Positions 38,284-42,445 of a DNA stretch of 42,445 bases are shown here, piece after piece. Made by a program: the position numbers and the translations under genes. The stretch lies in the NCBI GenBank assembly GCA_051294375.1, contig JBJCIZ010000013.1:1-42445 (forward strand). Direction: 5' to 3'. The notes below the pieces were generated by a model that was not told the origin of the DNA, searched no databases, and was given only the letters and a program-made list of their open reading frames with translations. Positions within the stretch are counted from its first letter, which is position 1, and the number at the start of each line of letters is the position of its first letter. Source of the stretch: Paraspadella gotoi (lineage: Eukaryota > Animalia > Chaetognatha).

Positions 38284-39051
38284 CGTCTCTCTCTTTCTCT
38301 CTCTTTCTTGGCTCGCACTCTCCTCATCTCATCTCGCTCGCTCTCTCTCTCTTCTCTTTTGCGCTCTCTCTCCTCTCTCTCTCTCTCTTTCTCTTCTCTC
38401 TTCTCTCCTTCTCTCTACCAACTGTTTTTTTTAACGTAAGGTTACCATTCATTTTTTTCTAAATAAAAATCTGCAATTTTGTAAAAATCCAATCTTGCTT
38501 GTTAAAATATTTTATTAAAATTAAATATGTCATATTAAAATTTGAATAACAATTATTTAATTAAATTTAAACGCTTGATAAAAGAAAAAAAAAACGAAAA
38601 ATTTATAAGCTAAGTTTGAACAAAAAGTCAGTTTTTAACTTTCAATTTTACTATTGAGTTTTCTCCGAGAGCAAAAAAATATGAGAGAGATAGAGAATTT
38701 TGGAGAACTTTGAAACCAACAAGATCGAAGAAACTTTTTCCTTTCCCAGCTAAATCGAGATTTAAATTTTTCCAAGTTTTTGTTGACAATATCTTGCTTT
38801 ACTCTCTTCGGATTGGTTTCGAGCTCCGGAGATTTGACTTTACATTTTGGGCGCTCGAAAATCCGAGATTTTCAGTTTTTACCTTTTCGGACCGCTTTCG
38901 AGTTGCGGGATTTTTCTTAGCTTTTCTGGGCGATCGAAAATTCCGAGATTTAGTCTAACTTTTATTCGAGCGATCGAAAATCCCGAATCCTATTTCAGTC
39001 GACTTCGAGGTTTCCCTTAACTACTCTCACCGCGAATTATTTTTTTTTACC

Positions 39052-39473
39052 TCGTAACCTTTAAACCCTCCCTTCTGTTCACAGGTTTATCGATATAAAT
39101 AAAAAAATGTTGAGAGATCGTTGCCGTCGTAGTAGGGGTGGGGGCGGGTTCTGCCCTCCCACCAACTTTGAGGAATGCCTCGAGAGGCTTATCCTCGACG
39201 GAGGTTATAGTTACGGTAAATTTCAAAATGACAATTTATTCTATACGTATAACTAACAAATTTTTTTTTTTATCTCAGATATGGCGTGGCACGCTTGCCG
39301 CGCCGAGTGGGGGCCGCCGACCTCATCGGCGTTTCGTCGACGTTGCTTAAATCGTCGGCGTCTTTCTCCATCGTCTTTGTCGGCGTCGCCTCCGTCTTCG
39401 GTGTCGTCGCGTCGTCGTTTTCTTCGACGGCCCCGACATGGGGCGACCCGATAAGAGCCTTACCGGTTAGCGC
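39052..39473 (-). CDS. Probable host gene exon(s), hypothetical
   Basis: GC-rich stop-free reading LALTGKALIGSPHVGAVEENDDATTPKTE..RRGKRATPYL, then TVTITSVEDKPLEAFLKVGG..GLKVT ending at an AG|GTAAAA donor at ~39051. Confidence 0.35.
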
Positions 39474-40921
39474 TAAACTGATGCCAATCTATCGCCAAAA
39501 TTTTATTAAAATCTCATTTTTATAATTAACAGCACGCTATTTATTGTCTGTTGGTCGTGACGGCAGTAAGCGGTGGCGGTAAGCAACAGCGCGATGGCGC
39601 TGCGTGCGTCGTGGGCGGGCTGTGGTGGCAGCGCAGTTGCGTCGGCGGCGCGAGGCGGCAGCAGCGCGAAGGGAAAAAGAAGAAAAGAAAGAAGACGTAC
39701 ATCATTTTCAACGCCAGAGCGATGATGTCGACGATGATGTCGACGATGGAGAGGGGGGAGAGGTGGGGATTCGGAAGAGGGAGGAGAAGAAGAAGAAGAA
39801 GAAGAAAACATTTTTTTATTGTCTGCGGGTTTTTTTTTAAATAAATTTTTTTCCGCAGAAACCTTTTGTTTTGAATATTCTAGCTAAATTAATAAATTTC
39901 TAATTGAGTTGAGTAAAACAAAAATGGAGTCAACGAGTTTGTTTTAATTAATGGAACGATAAAAATAAGCGCGAATAAACTAAAAGTTAAACAATCTGTC
40001 ACCATATTTCGGATTAAAATTTAAATAATTGACTAGCGAAGCGAAAAGTCTGTCCCGCGCAATTTTATTCGTTGTTAAATAAAAAAATTTTATAACCGCG
40101 ATTTAAAATAAGCGGTTGCCAGATGACGATTCCTGTCGTGGCACAAAAGTTGAGATGCCTTATTTGCATATTGCCGACAGCCAAAACGAAAATGTCTGTT
40201 TTACTCCATCGCAAGTTCAGCAATGCAAGCGTGGTCTTGTGTGCAACATGCCTTAGGTCACACGTTGCTTGCACTCCAATGTGCATCTACTTTTGACCAC
40301 TGTACTTTCTCAACTCTGTGTTGGAAAACTTTGCCCTCTCTCTCTCCCTCTTTCTCTCTCTCCCTTCTTTATTCACCAAATAATTAAGTATTTCACAACT
40401 GTCCTTAACTGCGCTGAAGAAGGTTCGTAAACCGAACCAAAACATGTTCATTTATCATTAAATAAATTCGTTGCTGAATCACAATTTAAACATTTTCTTA
40501 TTTCTTAATCTTAAATTTTCATTTTCGAGTAAGTTTTTTTTCCAATTTGTGATTATTTGTTGGTAAAATTTGTTTTATCGCTTTGTCTAACTCAATTAAA
40601 TTTTGCAGTTATGATAACAATGAAAAAAAGTTTTAGACAATGGTTGAACGAATTTTAAAATATGCGAGCCTTGGTCACGCTTTTATAATTTCTTTTTTGT
40701 AATATTTTAAATGCGGGCACCTTGTGTCGCTTAAAAGAGCAAATAAAATTTCTCTGTTGTTGTTTTTATTTTTTAAATAAACTTTTTTTCTGGCTAAAAA
40801 ATCATTTTATCAATAGCTAGCAAAGTCTGTAATTTAACTATGGGGTAAAACTTGAACAATGGTTTTGACAAACAATGTTGAAAGGTTTTAATAAAAAAAG
40901 ATAACCGGCGGTTTTTACAAA

Positions 40922-41142
40922 CCCGTAGATTCGTCAAACGTTTTTTTACGGAGCGGACTGAGTGACAAGACGTAAACTGTGGAGAATGATTTATTTGCGG
41001 CCCGCGGATTTGTCAAACGTTTTTTTATGGAGGGGACTGAGTGACAAGACGAGAGAAATGATTTATTTATGCGCCCGCGGGTTCGTCAAATTGTTTTTAT
41101 TGAAGTGGGCCAGTGACAGGGGGTAAACATTGGGAAATGATT
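40922..41142 (+). repeat. Host tandem repeat, three ~75-80 bp units
   Basis: CCCG.GG.TTCGTCAAACGTTTTTTTA.GGAG.GGACTGAGTGACAAGACG at ~40922, 41001 and 41074. Confidence 0.8.
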
Positions 41143-42445
41143 AATTCGATTTGCCTCTGGCTATGATATGACAGGAGGCTTTGAGGTAATGGGGAAAATA
41201 ATTTGGCCTCCAGGGTAAAAGCTGAAAAAAATAATACAATCGTTGGTCGAGAATGTCTGTTTGCGTGTTGTTGGAACTGCGGTCGCTCTCGGATGCGTTT
41301 GGAACAACATTCTCCTCGCGCGCGTGAGAGGGGGGCGGATTGCAGAATGTCTGCGCGTTTGAGGATAAATGAAGCAAAATTAGGACTAAGATGCTACAAA
41401 AAAGCCAGAGGTTTTTTTAATGTATTCTTATACTGGCCAATGTAGAATGATGGCAATATTGCTATTGTTAAGTTTCAAAAAATCTGACCATAAATATAGA
41501 AAATATTAACCAAAATCTTCGGAAAATCCACCCCTCCTTTGGAAGGTTTTTGCCATAGAAAATTTTTGCCGAATCTGACACCTGGTTAAAAACTCTTAAG
41601 AATTCCGATCATAGCTTCTCTTTTACTTTTACTTTAAATAAAAATTTACCAAAATGGACTAATTCACTTTACCATGATCGTATCATATTAAAATAACCAA
41701 ATAAAATGTAAAGAAAAATTTTGAGAGCCCTTCAGACATATGGCTATTGGATTCCTGAATTTGAAGTTTATTGTAATATCACAACATACCTTAAATGCGT
41801 TTACATTGTATGAAGTCTAGAAATCCCTTTATTTTATATATAAAAATGGCATCAAAAATATTTTTTCAGTTGACCAGTCCATTTGAATCTGATGGTTTGA
41901 TGCCAAAATGATGGTTATTTGTCAAGAGGAAAAAAATGCGAGCTCTTGAGATGCAACAGGATCTAAATCGAGTGTTTTTACGTCTATTTTTTACCGGAAT
42001 TTTTCCAAGGGACGTTTACATTGTTTGGTAGTCAGATTTTAATGAAAATCTCCATTGAAAAGTCTTCCTCAATTTCTAAGACGACGTAACTCCTAGCAAA
42101 ATGCACACCTACTTTTATTGTTTGGTAGTCTCCATTGAAAAAAATCTTCCTCTACTTTTTTTGCTTATAGATATTTTCATGTTATTTTGTTTTTTATTTT
42201 AAAAATGAAGCTCTTTGTGTTACTTTAGCATTAGACTTTACAATAATGGCAATGCTAATAATCAAAAGGAAACTGAAAGCAATTGTAAATCAGATTATAT
42301 TGCAAGTCTATACCCAATAAATGGTCTTCAAAAGTTGAAACTATGACGGATGCTGCACAGTTCATTATAAAGGTAATCAGCTGTACAGGTTGTTTCTTTT
42401 TCTCTCACTCTCTATTCTCTCCCGTATTCCTCCCATAATTTTTTT

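Larger units (their letters stand above)
29998..39025 (+). mobile_element. Maverick/Polinton copy 2, 5'-truncated within integrase intron 1
   Basis: Near-identical to ~18226-27214; ends in ACTACT at 39020-39025 followed by an unrelated flank (CTCACC..). Confidence 0.92.

Noticed and set aside
40922-41142. CRISPR-like repeat array
   Set aside because: Diverged tandem units without unique spacers or cas genes, in a eukaryotic context.

Overview
AT-rich, microsatellite-rich eukaryotic (probably invertebrate) DNA dominated by an endogenous Maverick/Polinton (polintovirus/adintovirus-type) element. Copy 1 runs from beyond the left window edge to a canonical ...ACTACT terminus at 27214. It encodes a protein-primed PolB (- strand), a DDE integrase, minor and major capsid proteins, an adenain-like cysteine protease, basic core-like proteins, several orphan genes and a mucin-like transmembrane protein. 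Most strikingly, the viral genes are split by many short GT-AG spliceosomal introns (5 in the integrase, 8 in the major capsid gene, at least 4 in PolB, one splitting the DTDS motif), so the ORF track fragments them. A near-identical 5'-truncated second copy (~29998-39025) ends in its own ACTACT with a different flank. No packaging ATPase or left terminus was recognised. Many 1-nt indels look like sequencing error, so some coordinates are approximate. Family assignments come from motif recognition by eye, not database searches.
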